Source of the DNA: a virus
Lineage: Duplodnaviria > Heunggongvirae > Uroviricota > Caudoviricetes
Length of the DNA stretch: 55,813 nt
Virus record (IMG/VR): IMGVR_UViG_3300042691_025398
Coordinates: 1 to 55,813 of that record
Reading direction: 5' to 3' (one strand)
In this document: positions 35,522 to 45,018 of the stretch, in pieces
Position numbering within the stretch: position 1 is the stretch's first letter
How the letters are laid out: the number at the start of each line of letters is the position of its first letter
Made by a program: the position numbers and the translations under genes
Notes under the pieces: generated by a model
The model's database searches: none
Seen by the model: the letters and a program-made list of their open reading frames with translations, nothing else
Told to the model about the DNA's origin: nothing

Positions 35522-38500
35522 ATGTCTTTTACATTTCAACAGGATCCAGACACAGGTAACTGGAAAGTCATTGATGATGCTACAGGCAAGGTTTATCGTG
35601 GATTTGATCCGTTGGGAGCTGCTAACGACGCAATTAGATCTCTGCCTAATTTGCTGCCTAGCGAGATAGCAGCATTACAAGCACAAGCTAGATCTATAGA
35701 AGCAGACCTTAGAGTACAACAACAAGCCAAAAATCAAGTCAATAATAATGCCACTAGCGTAGGAGCCACCGTAGCTGCTAGTGATGATGCTGGAGTGACC
35801 AATCCTACTCAAGCTCCTAAAACCATTACCCCGGATGGAAGGATAAATGCAAGACCTGTAGCAGGAACCAACGCAGATCAAACCCCCACCACTGCGAATG
35901 ACGCAGGTACCACAGTCACAAGTTCCGCTGAACTTAAAATTGGCGAAACACAGGCACCAATAAAACCACCCAACACTGGTGAGTTAAAACTAATAGCCGA
36001 TGAGCCACCACCTGATCCTACAACACCGCCTCCGGGTTCGTATGGCCCTGGTGTTGGTGCAGGCAATGAAGATGCCACGCCTACAAAAAATCTAACCCGT
36101 CAGGACATTGAAGCAAATTTCAACGAGGATATTATTCCGCAATCTAATATTCTTGACAACTATGCCAGCTATACCTATCAAATTTCATGGTATCTATGCA
36201 ATGAAAGTGATTATAAAAGTTTGATCACCAGTGACCGTGTAGACGAAATTGGCAGTACTCCACGGGGCGGACAACTATTGGTTCAAAGTGGAGGTGAAAA
36301 TCAAAGTGTAGGCATAGTTGGTGTGGGATCAAGTGAGACTTTATCGCCCAGCCGCAATCAGTTTTTTTCATTGGATTATTACATTGATAATCTGTCTGTA
36401 TCCAATGTATTTCAAGGCAAGGGCACTGGCACTGCCAACAGTTATACTGATTTAAAGTTCACAGTGATTGAACCCAATGGTATCAGTCTAATTGATAATC
36501 TAAAACAAGCAGTGAGAGCCTACTGTGGTATAGAAGCCTTTTCTAGTGCAATTTATCTCATGGTTATCCGATGGATAGGCTATGATGAAAACGGCAACAT
36601 AGTGTATGCAGGCAACACCAACAGTGGTGGAGTTGCAACTGATCCATATGCTATTGCGGTCAAGTATATTCCTTTTGCTATTAACAATATTAAATTTTCT
36701 GTTGCCAATAGATTGAGCACTTACGAGATCACAGGCACACCGATAATCTATACATTCAAACTGCGCCAAACAGTGCCTTATAATACAGAAATCACAGGCA
36801 AAACTGTGCAAGAAATTCTTGGTGGTAGCATTAGACCCAGTGCATCTGTTACCGCAGCCAGAGAATTCAATCAAAACACCAATAACAATGTGCTCAAGGC
36901 CATTGGCGTGGGCAATCTAGGAGCTGGCGTAGTGTCAGCAACACCTGGAACCAGTGATACCACTCCACAAAACATGAATGCCAGTCCATCAGGCTCAAGC
37001 AATGTTGGTCGTGGTTTAATGAACGCAATGAATCAATATCAGCAGCAGTTGGTAAAAGATCAAATTTATGAAATAGCAGATGAATTCTCAATTGAATTTG
37101 CCAACCCAAGCATAGCCAACGCAGCTTTGAAAAAACCTGGTGATCTGGCCATTGACAAAACTCCCATGAGTAAAAGTTCACCAAGAGATCTGTTGCCTGA
37201 AACTGCCAAAGTTTATACACTAGACCGTAACTTTGGTATCACAGCTGGACAAAGCATTATTCAAGCAATTGAAATGGTGGTACGAAACAGTAGCTATATC
37301 ACAGATCAACAGTTGATGTTTATCAATGAGGAAACACAACAAGAACAGGATAACGGCACACCAATTGAAAATTTTGCCTGGTTTAAGATTTCTATGAAGG
37401 CCGAACCCAAAGGGTATGATCGCAAACGTAACGATTATGCTTACAAATTTAAATTTTTAGTCAGCATATACGAAGTCAAGAGCATTAACAGTGTCTGGTT
37501 TCCAAGAACCAGATTTAGAGGAGTACACAAAAGTTATCCCTACTGGTTCACAGGAAAAAACACCGCAGTGTTAGATTATCAGCAGAGTTTTGACAATCTT
37601 TATCTCACAGTGATAAGCGGTGCAGGAGAAACCGTGCAAGGTGAGTATACCAGTGCTCTCTCTGATATACCTAGATTTGTATACCAACCACGAAGCGGAC
37701 AAAGCAGTCAAGGTGCTGACCAGGCCACAAATGAACCTGCGGCAAATGCAGCAGACTATCTTTACAGTCCCAGTGATCTTGGCACGGTCAAAGTCAAGTT
37801 GATAGGTGATCCAGCTTGGATGCAGCAGGGTGAAATATATCGTGGTAATGATCCTAGAACCTTTAACTTTTCTGCATTCAATGCAGACGGCGGTATAAAT
37901 TTTGAAAGTCAAGAAGTGTTATTTGAAATAGTGTGGCAAAGGCCTGTGGACTATGATATTGAAACCGACGGACTGATGAATCCCAACAGATACAGTTCCA
38001 CCAATAGTGATACTGCTAATCCACGCAGTCGCGCAGGATTGCAAAGTTATGTGTTCTATGCCACCAGATGCACACATGAGTTCAGGCAAGGCAGATTTGA
38101 ACAAACTCTTGACGGTGGACTGTACATATTTCCACGAAGCAGAAACACTAGAATCAATTCCAGTGCTGCTAATTCCAATACCGGGGTATCCAGTTCATAT
38201 TACACCGGCGGAACCAATCCTAATTCAATAGGTTTTGGTGGCGGTAGCTCTAGTGGGCCACTACCAGCTGGGTCTAGTCAAACGTTCCCACTGTCAGGTG
38301 GCCAAACCAATCAACCAGCCGCATCAGGAGCCAGATCTGGTGCCCAGCCTGTGACCCGTCAAGTCACAAGACAAGGCACACTGAGAAAACAGGTCAAAAC
38401 CGGCACTGGCGCTTCTGGATTCCCTCTTAATGACAATAGAGTAACTATTCCACCAGTAAAAGCTAGAAACACCGGCACAGATTTTGCAACCGCCTATTCA

Positions 38501-38569
38501 CTGAGAAATCAACCAGGCGGACCTCCTAGAGTGCAAACCACCACTCCGGGCATCAGAGGAAGACAATAA
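35522..38569 (+). CDS. Baseplate hub protein (gp27/gpD/VgrG-like), 1015 aa
   Basis: NILDNYASYTYQISW, FTVIEPNGISLIDNL, VKLIGDPAWM, HEFRQGRFEQTL; located between gp53 and gp5. Confidence 0.7.
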   Translation: MSFTFQQDPDTGNWKVIDDATGKVYRGFDPLGAANDAIRSLPNLLPSEIAALQAQARSIEADLRVQQQAKNQVNNNATSVGATVAASDDAGVTNPTQAPKTITPDGRINARPVAGTNADQTPTTANDAGTTVTSSAELKIGETQAPIKPPNTGELKLIADEPPPDPTTPPPGSYGPGVGAGNEDATPTKNLTRQDIEANFNEDIIPQSNILDNYASYTYQISWYLCNESDYKSLITSDRVDEIGSTPRGGQLLVQSGGENQSVGIVGVGSSETLSPSRNQFFSLDYYIDNLSVSNVFQGKGTGTANSYTDLKFTVIEPNGISLIDNLKQAVRAYCGIEAFSSAIYLMVIRWIGYDENGNIVYAGNTNSGGVATDPYAIAVKYIPFAINNIKFSVANRLSTYEITGTPIIYTFKLRQTVPYNTEITGKTVQEILGGSIRPSASVTAAREFNQNTNNNVLKAIGVGNLGAGVVSATPGTSDTTPQNMNASPSGSSNVGRGLMNAMNQYQQQLVKDQIYEIADEFSIEFANPSIANAALKKPGDLAIDKTPMSKSSPRDLLPETAKVYTLDRNFGITAGQSIIQAIEMVVRNSSYITDQQLMFINEETQQEQDNGTPIENFAWFKISMKAEPKGYDRKRNDYAYKFKFLVSIYEVKSINSVWFPRTRFRGVHKSYPYWFTGKNTAVLDYQQSFDNLYLTVISGAGETVQGEYTSALSDIPRFVYQPRSGQSSQGADQATNEPAANAADYLYSPSDLGTVKVKLIGDPAWMQQGEIYRGNDPRTFNFSAFNADGGINFESQEVLFEIVWQRPVDYDIETDGLMNPNRYSSTNSDTANPRSRAGLQSYVFYATRCTHEFRQGRFEQTLDGGLYIFPRSRNTRINSSAANSNTGVSSSYYTGGTNPNSIGFGGGSSSGPLPAGSSQTFPLSGGQTNQPAASGARSGAQPVTRQVTRQGTLRKQVKTGTGASGFPLNDNRVTIPPVKARNTGTDFATAYSLRNQPGGPPRVQTTTPGIRGRQ

Positions 38570-38578
38570 AGGCGAACA

Positions 38579-40084
38579 ATGGCAGATAATGTATACACAA
38601 CCTCAGGCAGACCCAAGGGCTACAAACTAGATCGTGGCGGCGTGCCCGCCGAGTCAGGTCCCTTTATAGGTGAAGTCATGAACAACATTGACAGTATTCG
38701 GTCTGGACGACTTCAAGTGTATATTGAGGCCTTTGGTGGCGGAGACAAGACCAACGTTAATCTTTGGCGCACTGTGAAGTACCTTCCGCCCTTTTATGGA
38801 ACCACACAAAAGCCTCCAGGAGGCACTGCGGGGCTTGGATCATGGACGGCCAATCCCCACAGCTATGGCATGTGGTTTACGCCACCTGATATTGGTGTTC
38901 GGGTACTGTGTTTCTTTGTTGAAGGTGACCCTTCGCAGGGATATTATGTGGGCTGTGTACCTGACCCTGGTGTTAATCACATGATACCTGCTGTGGGCAG
39001 TGCACCTAGAGGACAGTTTATTCCTGGCAATCAAACTCAGCAGACCTATCTAGAACAGGCTCCTGCCACTCCTGTAACAGAAATCAATGCCAAAGACAAT
39101 CAAGTGATCAGTGATCCGCAGTTTTTTGATTTGCCAAAGCCGGTGCACGCTGTGGCAGCAGCCAGTTTGCTTCAGCAAGGATTATTAAACGATCTTGAAC
39201 GTGGGCCAATATCATCTAGTTCACAACGCGAAAGCCCCAGCTATGTGTATGGTATCAGTACGCCAGGAAGACCAGTATATCAAAGTGGTGCACAGCCAAA
39301 TCAAATTCGCAAAGATTTATTAGCAGGCACGTTGTCCCCACTTGATGTAGCAGTGATTGCTCGCCAAGGAGGACACACCTTTGTCATGGACGACGGTGAC
39401 TTGGAAAACAACAATTCCATGGTACGCTTGAGAACCAGTAAAGGTCATCAGATTACCATGAGCGATGACGGGAACTTTTTCTATATTATTCATGCTAATG
39501 GTCAATCATGGATTGAGTTTGGTGTAGAAGGCACTGTGGATGTGTTTAGTACCAACTCAGTTAATGTACGCACCAATGGCGACATCAATCTACACGCTGA
39601 TCAGGATGTGAATATTTTTGCTGGACGCAATTTACAATTGAAAGCCAAAAAGAATCTTGGCTTGGAAAGTGACGATACTATTACTACTTACAGTGCCAAA
39701 GCCACCACAATCTACGCCAAAGCCAATATTGGCGTGCTGGCTGATGGAAATCTAGCACTGAAAAGTGCCAACGGCAGTTGGGACGGCGGCGGTGCATTAA
39801 AACTCAAGGCCGGGCGTATTGATCTTAACGGTGGTGGGGCAGAAAACGTTACAGCAGTCAAGCCCATGACCAAATACACCATGGATGATACCAAGTTTGA
39901 TGCATCAAAAGGATGGCAGGTAGAAACCAACAAATTGGAAAGCATTGTGACTAGAGCTCCTGCACATGAGCCCTGGCCCTATCACAATCAAGGTGTAAAG
40001 GTATCGGTCACGCTAGGCGAAGGTGGTGTACCAACTCCAATTGCGCAACCTGTACCTCAGGGCTTTACTATTACTAAGAAATAA
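38579..40084 (+). CDS. gp5: Central spike protein (gp5/VgrG-like OB fold and beta-helix; no lysozyme domain seen)
   Basis: GEVMNNIDSIRSGRLQVYI, SYGMWFTPPDIGVRVLCFF, GGHTFVMDDG, RTSKGHQI and PAHEPW motifs. Confidence 0.8.
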   Translation: MADNVYTTSGRPKGYKLDRGGVPAESGPFIGEVMNNIDSIRSGRLQVYIEAFGGGDKTNVNLWRTVKYLPPFYGTTQKPPGGTAGLGSWTANPHSYGMWFTPPDIGVRVLCFFVEGDPSQGYYVGCVPDPGVNHMIPAVGSAPRGQFIPGNQTQQTYLEQAPATPVTEINAKDNQVISDPQFFDLPKPVHAVAAASLLQQGLLNDLERGPISSSSQRESPSYVYGISTPGRPVYQSGAQPNQIRKDLLAGTLSPLDVAVIARQGGHTFVMDDGDLENNNSMVRLRTSKGHQITMSDDGNFFYIIHANGQSWIEFGVEGTVDVFSTNSVNVRTNGDINLHADQDVNIFAGRNLQLKAKKNLGLESDDTITTYSAKATTIYAKANIGVLADGNLALKSANGSWDGGGALKLKAGRIDLNGGGAENVTAVKPMTKYTMDDTKFDASKGWQVETNKLESIVTRAPAHEPWPYHNQGVKVSVTLGEGGVPTPIAQPVPQGFTITKK

Positions 40085-41127
40085 TGAGTAAATTTAATTT
40101 TAATCTTGCTGGGCAGTTGTTTGAGGTCATAGCACCTCCAGGAACCACTGAGGCTGCGGCTAGAGCTGTGTTTGATCAACAGGCCAACACTGGCGGTTTA
40201 ACCAATCTCACCACTGGACAGAGTGTGAGTGCTCTATCACAACTGCGCAATGGGCTGGTATCAGCAGCCAGTCAAGTGAAAGGCGCCTTGACAAATCTTG
40301 TTAGTGGAGTTGGAGCAACACTGTCAAGACTAACTGGTGCAAATGTAGCCAAACCCATGCAGGTGTCTGACTTTGTAAACGTAACCACTCAAACCACAGG
40401 CATAGGGCCATTGAATGGTAAACAGGTGCAGGGATTGTTAGCGCAGTCTGCTGCATCAGCCTCGCAGGCAGCCGCTGCCTTTAGCGTGGACAAAGGCATT
40501 GGCACATATGGAATATCGCCTGCTTTACTGGAAAACAGTGGATATCTCAAACCAGGTACTATACAACAATTTGGTAAGCCCAGCTCAGTCACCCAAGCTG
40601 ACATAAATGAAGCTGCGAGAATCAACAGTCAGGGTGGCAGCATCACACCTGATCAAGTGGCCAACAGTCGTGCGCTCCAGGATGCTTTGAAATCTCCCAC
40701 GGTATGGACTGGCAAACAGGGCATAAACAGTTTGACCGGCATGCTAGGTGATCCAAGCAAACAATTGAATGTGCAAACAGACATCATGCAGTCGCAGTTC
40801 ACACAACTGTCAAAAACTGGTGTAATTCCCAACGGCTTGCCCAGTGCAGATGTGGGAGCATTAGTGCAAGCAGCTGGCAAAGTAGGAGCTGGCCTCACAG
40901 CCGCATGGGCCAAAGGCGGTGCACCTGGAGATATAGTGAATTCAATCAGTAATCTAGCCAAGTCCGGTCAGCTGGCAGTGAACTTCACGGACACCAAGGT
41001 GCCTAACAGTCTTTCAGGGCAGCAAGCAGCTCCTCGTGCCACAAACACTGTGAATCGCACTGTACTGAATCAAGCCTATACACAGTTCATAGGGTCTGGC
41101 AAGGTGCCACCGGTCAATTATGGTTAG
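40084..41127 (+). CDS. Baseplate-associated hypothetical protein; ends in TAG
   Basis: ORF track; TAATG coupling to gp5; GIGTYGISPALLENSGYLKPG...VWTGKQG segment is weakly reminiscent of lysozyme-like folds. Confidence 0.65.
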   Translation: MSKFNFNLAGQLFEVIAPPGTTEAAARAVFDQQANTGGLTNLTTGQSVSALSQLRNGLVSAASQVKGALTNLVSGVGATLSRLTGANVAKPMQVSDFVNVTTQTTGIGPLNGKQVQGLLAQSAASASQAAAAFSVDKGIGTYGISPALLENSGYLKPGTIQQFGKPSSVTQADINEAARINSQGGSITPDQVANSRALQDALKSPTVWTGKQGINSLTGMLGDPSKQLNVQTDIMQSQFTQLSKTGVIPNGLPSADVGALVQAAGKVGAGLTAAWAKGGAPGDIVNSISNLAKSGQLAVNFTDTKVPNSLSGQQAAPRATNTVNRTVLNQAYTQFIGSGKVPPVNYG

Positions 41128-41150
41128 CCTTCTGTCAGCGCCGCAACACC

Positions 41151-41157
41151 ATAAGTA
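41151..41157 (+). promoter_or_regulatory. Late promoter variant ATAAGTA
   Basis: Upstream of gp25, followed by a GAGGA SD. Confidence 0.5.
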
Positions 41158-41190
41158 TGCAAGAATTCAATGCTATTTGAGGAATAACAT

Positions 41191-41565
41191 ATGACCACAT
41201 TCATAGGTTTTAGCACACAGGGACTAAGGAAAAAATTTACTCTCGTTGACGAAGAATTGATCAAACAGGATCTGATCAATGCTTTTAACATCCGTCAAGG
41301 TGAAATTGTTGGCAGGCCAGATGTGGGCACTGCACTGTGGGATTTCCTGTTTGAGGCACAGGTCATAGAAACTGAAACTGCTATTATCAACGAAATTCAG
41401 CGTGTTGCCGGCGGCGATCCAAGACTTAAAATTGTAGGTACTGAAGTTTCTCCACAGATAAACGGTATACTGATTCAAATGCAATTACAGTTTGTACCAA
41501 GCACCACTGTGGAGCGATTGGCTATATTTTTTGATCAAGAAACCAGGCAGGCCAGCTACATTTAA
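41191..41565 (+). CDS. gp25: Baseplate wedge protein gp25-like
   Basis: LIKQDLINAFNIRQGEIVGRPDVGTALWDFLFE...DPRL (GPW_gp25 pattern). Confidence 0.9.
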   Translation: MTTFIGFSTQGLRKKFTLVDEELIKQDLINAFNIRQGEIVGRPDVGTALWDFLFEAQVIETETAIINEIQRVAGGDPRLKIVGTEVSPQINGILIQMQLQFVPSTTVERLAIFFDQETRQASYI

Positions 41566-41584
41566 CCGCGTGGTTTATACGCCA

Positions 41585-41591
41585 ATAAATA
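41585..41591 (+). promoter_or_regulatory. Late promoter ATAAATA
   Basis: 16 nt upstream of ATG 41608. Confidence 0.65.
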
Positions 41592-41607
41592 CCAAAATTG
41601 AAAAATT

Positions 41608-44600
41608 ATGGCGATAACCACTAGACAAACTGCAATATTTGGCGTTGAAGACTGGAAGCAACTGTTCCAGACTTACCGCGAGGCTGACTTTCAAAGCTAC
41701 GACTTTGAAACACTACGCAAGAGCTTCGTTGATTATCTGAGGCTGTACTATCCAGAAACTTTTAATGATTATATTGAAAGTTCTGAATTTATAGCTCTTT
41801 TAGATATCATGGCGTTCATGGGTCAAAGCCTGGCGTTTAGAACCGATCTAAACGCTAGAGAAAACTACATTGACACAGCTGAACGACGAGATTCAGTAGT
41901 GCGCCTGGCTAATCTTGTTAGCTACACAGCCAAGAGAAATTCACCAGCTGAAGGCTTTTTAAAAGTCACTTCAGTCACAACCACAGAAAATGTGCTGGAT
42001 TATAATGGTAATAATCTCAGCAATATCACAGTGAACTGGAACGATCCAACCAACGGTGATTGGTTTGAACAGTTTATTGCTATTCTAAACGCAGCACTTG
42101 TGGACACACAGCGTTTTGGACGCCCTGGTGCAGATCAAAACATTCTTGGAGTTGACACTCAAGAATACACACTGAATATTACGCCTGGTTATCTTCCTGT
42201 GATTCCATTCACTGCCACAGTTGATGGCATCAACATGCCATTTGAAGCAGTGAGTGCTACCACTGTGGGACGTGATTATGTGTACGAACCTTCACCCAAG
42301 CCCAATGGCGCTTTCAATGTACTGTATCAAAACGACTCTTTGGGATTTGGATCAGAACGGTCCGGATTCTTCTTTTACTTCAAACAGGGCAGTCTACAAT
42401 CAGCTGACTTCAATCTACCAGAGCGTGTGACCAATCGCGTGGTAAACGTGAACATTGAAGGTATTAACAATGAAGATCGCTGGGTATATCAATTGGATGA
42501 TGTGGGCAATGTTTCAGGTGAATGGCAGTATGTGGAATCTGTGTACACAGCAGCAGCAGAACAAACAGCAGGTCAGTTGAGAAGAATTTATTCAACCATC
42601 AGCCGAGTGAATGATCAAATCAGTCTTACTTTTGGTGATGGCGTGTTCAGTGCTATTCCTGTTGGTACCTTTAGATGTTATGTACGCTCAAGCAATGGAT
42701 TAGAATACATTATTAATCCATCAGAGATGCAGACCATTGCCTTGCCAATCAATTATGTTAGTCGCAATGGTCGTGTGGAAACCATCACATTTACTGTGGG
42801 TCTAACTGCACCTGTGAGCAACAGTCAGTCTCGTGAACTGTTGGATGAAATCAAACAACGAGCACCTGCTAGATACTACACTCAGAATCGCATGGTGAAC
42901 GGCGAAGACTACAATCTATTTCCGTTTACTCTATACAACAGCATTATCAAGAGCAAGGCTTTGAACCGCAGTGCTATTGGTACCAGTCGCTACCTTGAAT
43001 TGGTTGATAATACCAACAAGTATGCCAGCACCAATGTGTTCGGCAGTGACGGCGGTTTGTACAAAGACAACACCTTGCCAAGTTTTCAGTTTGCCTGGTT
43101 TACAGTTAATGATATTGCAGATGCTATTGGCAATAAGGTACAGCCAGGACTAAAAACAGCCGGGGTATTGCAATTCTATTATGCAAACTTCATTAGACCA
43201 TCTTTATCACCCTTGGCAATCAGCTGGAATCAAAGCACGGCTCTTACCAATCAGTGTACAGGCTATTTTGTTGACAGCAACAACAAGCCGGTGTCAATTG
43301 GTGGATTCAGTAGTAACAACACAAAATATATTGTTCCAGCTTCTCTCGTTAAGTTTGTACCACCAGATGGCTACTACTTCAATCAATATAATAAACTGGT
43401 TGCAGGCCTGCCCACAGAAGACACAGATAAAACTGTGGTTTGGGCCACTGTTACTTCAGTGGTGCTTGATGGAACCAATCAAGGCCGAGGAAATCTAGCA
43501 GATGGTACAGGTCCAGTGGCTCTTAACAGTTTTGTTCCTAGCGGTGCAGTGGCCACAGAAGTTATTCCAGTGTTTGTCACTGACTTGCCAAGCAATATCG
43601 TGGTTAGCATCATTGAGCAAATAAGACTGTATAGAAATTTTGGCCTTGGATACAACAATCTCACACAAGAGTGGTATATCATAGGTCAGACCAATCTTGA
43701 TGCCAATGGAGAGTTCAGTCTAGTCAATCAACAGAGCACAGCTGGAGTGAACTCTGATTCCAGTTGGCTGGTTAGATTCAGCACAGACGGCACACAATAC
43801 ACTGTGAGCATAAGAGAACTCACATACTTTTTTGCATCTGTGTTGCAAACAAGATTTTTCTTTGAGTCTGGATCAAGCATTTACGACAGTCGTATTGGCA
43901 CTGTGATCAAAGATTTTATTAAGATTCTTAAATCAAACAGTCAACCCAACAGTAATTCACCTTTACCCAGCGATGTGGACATGCAGATCATTGCACAGCC
44001 TGAAGAAAGCGATGGTTATGTGAATGACTTCCAGGTAATAGTGAGCTTCCAGGACAGCGATCAGGATGGATCAGCTGACAATCCAGACTTTTTTGAAGAA
44101 ATTGTAGGACCTGATCCTGGATCAAGCCAGGCAGGCAATCTAGTGTTTCTTGAAGCCACAGTGGATTACAACGACCTACAGCGATATCTCTTGGTTGAAG
44201 AAGGTTATGTGAACTATCAGTACGGAACCTACACCGAGGTTGAAACCTACAAATCAGAATATCTTGACGGGCAGATTTTTTACACATATCTTGAGCAAGA
44301 CTTTTATCGTCTTGTAATTGATACCACAGGCACTAGAACGCTGCAATTGACCACAGAGTTTATTGCCCGCCAAGGTCGTCAAAATCTATACTATCAATAT
44401 CGCCACAACAGCTTGTTGAGCAATAGAATTGATCCGTCCATTACTAATATCATTGATGTGTACGTGGTCACTCAAGACTATTATGTTGCATATCAAAACT
44501 ATATCAAGGACAGCACCGGAACTGTGCCAGAACCAGCACAGCCCACTATCAATGAGTTAACCACTCAGTTTCAGCGTCTACAAGATTATAAAATGCTTTC

Positions 44601-45018
44601 GGACAACGTGATTCTTAACAGTGTTAGTTTCAAACCATTGTTTGGTAACAAAGCCAGCACAGACCTACGTGCCACTATCAAGGTTATCAAGGCTTCGGGC
44701 TCTGTGGCCAGTGTGAGCGAAATTAAAAATGCCGTGGTGCAAAGCCTGAATGATTATTTTACCATTGACAAGTGGAATTTTGGAGACACCTTCTACTTTT
44801 CAGAGTTGGCTGCGTACATTCATAGAGAGATTGGAACTCTAGTTAGTTCAGTTGTACTGGTACCAGTTAACCCACAAAAGAGCTTTGGTGATCTTTATGA
44901 AATTAGATCAGCACCAAATGAGATCTTTGTGAATGCAGCCACTGTGGCTGATGTTGAAGTGATTGATGCATTGACCAGTACTAATTTGCGTACTGCCCCA
45001 GGTAGCGGAGTAATTTAA
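41608..45018 (+). CDS. gp6: Baseplate wedge protein gp6-like (1136 aa)
   Basis: DFQSYDFETLRKS...FNDYIESSEFIALLD...TAERRDSVVRLA, FGDGVFSAIP and APARYYTQNRMVNGEDY motifs. Confidence 0.9.
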   Translation: MAITTRQTAIFGVEDWKQLFQTYREADFQSYDFETLRKSFVDYLRLYYPETFNDYIESSEFIALLDIMAFMGQSLAFRTDLNARENYIDTAERRDSVVRLANLVSYTAKRNSPAEGFLKVTSVTTTENVLDYNGNNLSNITVNWNDPTNGDWFEQFIAILNAALVDTQRFGRPGADQNILGVDTQEYTLNITPGYLPVIPFTATVDGINMPFEAVSATTVGRDYVYEPSPKPNGAFNVLYQNDSLGFGSERSGFFFYFKQGSLQSADFNLPERVTNRVVNVNIEGINNEDRWVYQLDDVGNVSGEWQYVESVYTAAAEQTAGQLRRIYSTISRVNDQISLTFGDGVFSAIPVGTFRCYVRSSNGLEYIINPSEMQTIALPINYVSRNGRVETITFTVGLTAPVSNSQSRELLDEIKQRAPARYYTQNRMVNGEDYNLFPFTLYNSIIKSKALNRSAIGTSRYLELVDNTNKYASTNVFGSDGGLYKDNTLPSFQFAWFTVNDIADAIGNKVQPGLKTAGVLQFYYANFIRPSLSPLAISWNQSTALTNQCTGYFVDSNNKPVSIGGFSSNNTKYIVPASLVKFVPPDGYYFNQYNKLVAGLPTEDTDKTVVWATVTSVVLDGTNQGRGNLADGTGPVALNSFVPSGAVATEVIPVFVTDLPSNIVVSIIEQIRLYRNFGLGYNNLTQEWYIIGQTNLDANGEFSLVNQQSTAGVNSDSSWLVRFSTDGTQYTVSIRELTYFFASVLQTRFFFESGSSIYDSRIGTVIKDFIKILKSNSQPNSNSPLPSDVDMQIIAQPEESDGYVNDFQVIVSFQDSDQDGSADNPDFFEEIVGPDPGSSQAGNLVFLEATVDYNDLQRYLLVEEGYVNYQYGTYTEVETYKSEYLDGQIFYTYLEQDFYRLVIDTTGTRTLQLTTEFIARQGRQNLYYQYRHNSLLSNRIDPSITNIIDVYVVTQDYYVAYQNYIKDSTGTVPEPAQPTINELTTQFQRLQDYKMLSDNVILNSVSFKPLFGNKASTDLRATIKVIKASGSVASVSEIKNAVVQSLNDYFTIDKWNFGDTFYFSELAAYIHREIGTLVSSVVLVPVNPQKSFGDLYEIRSAPNEIFVNAATVADVEVIDALTSTNLRTAPGSGVI

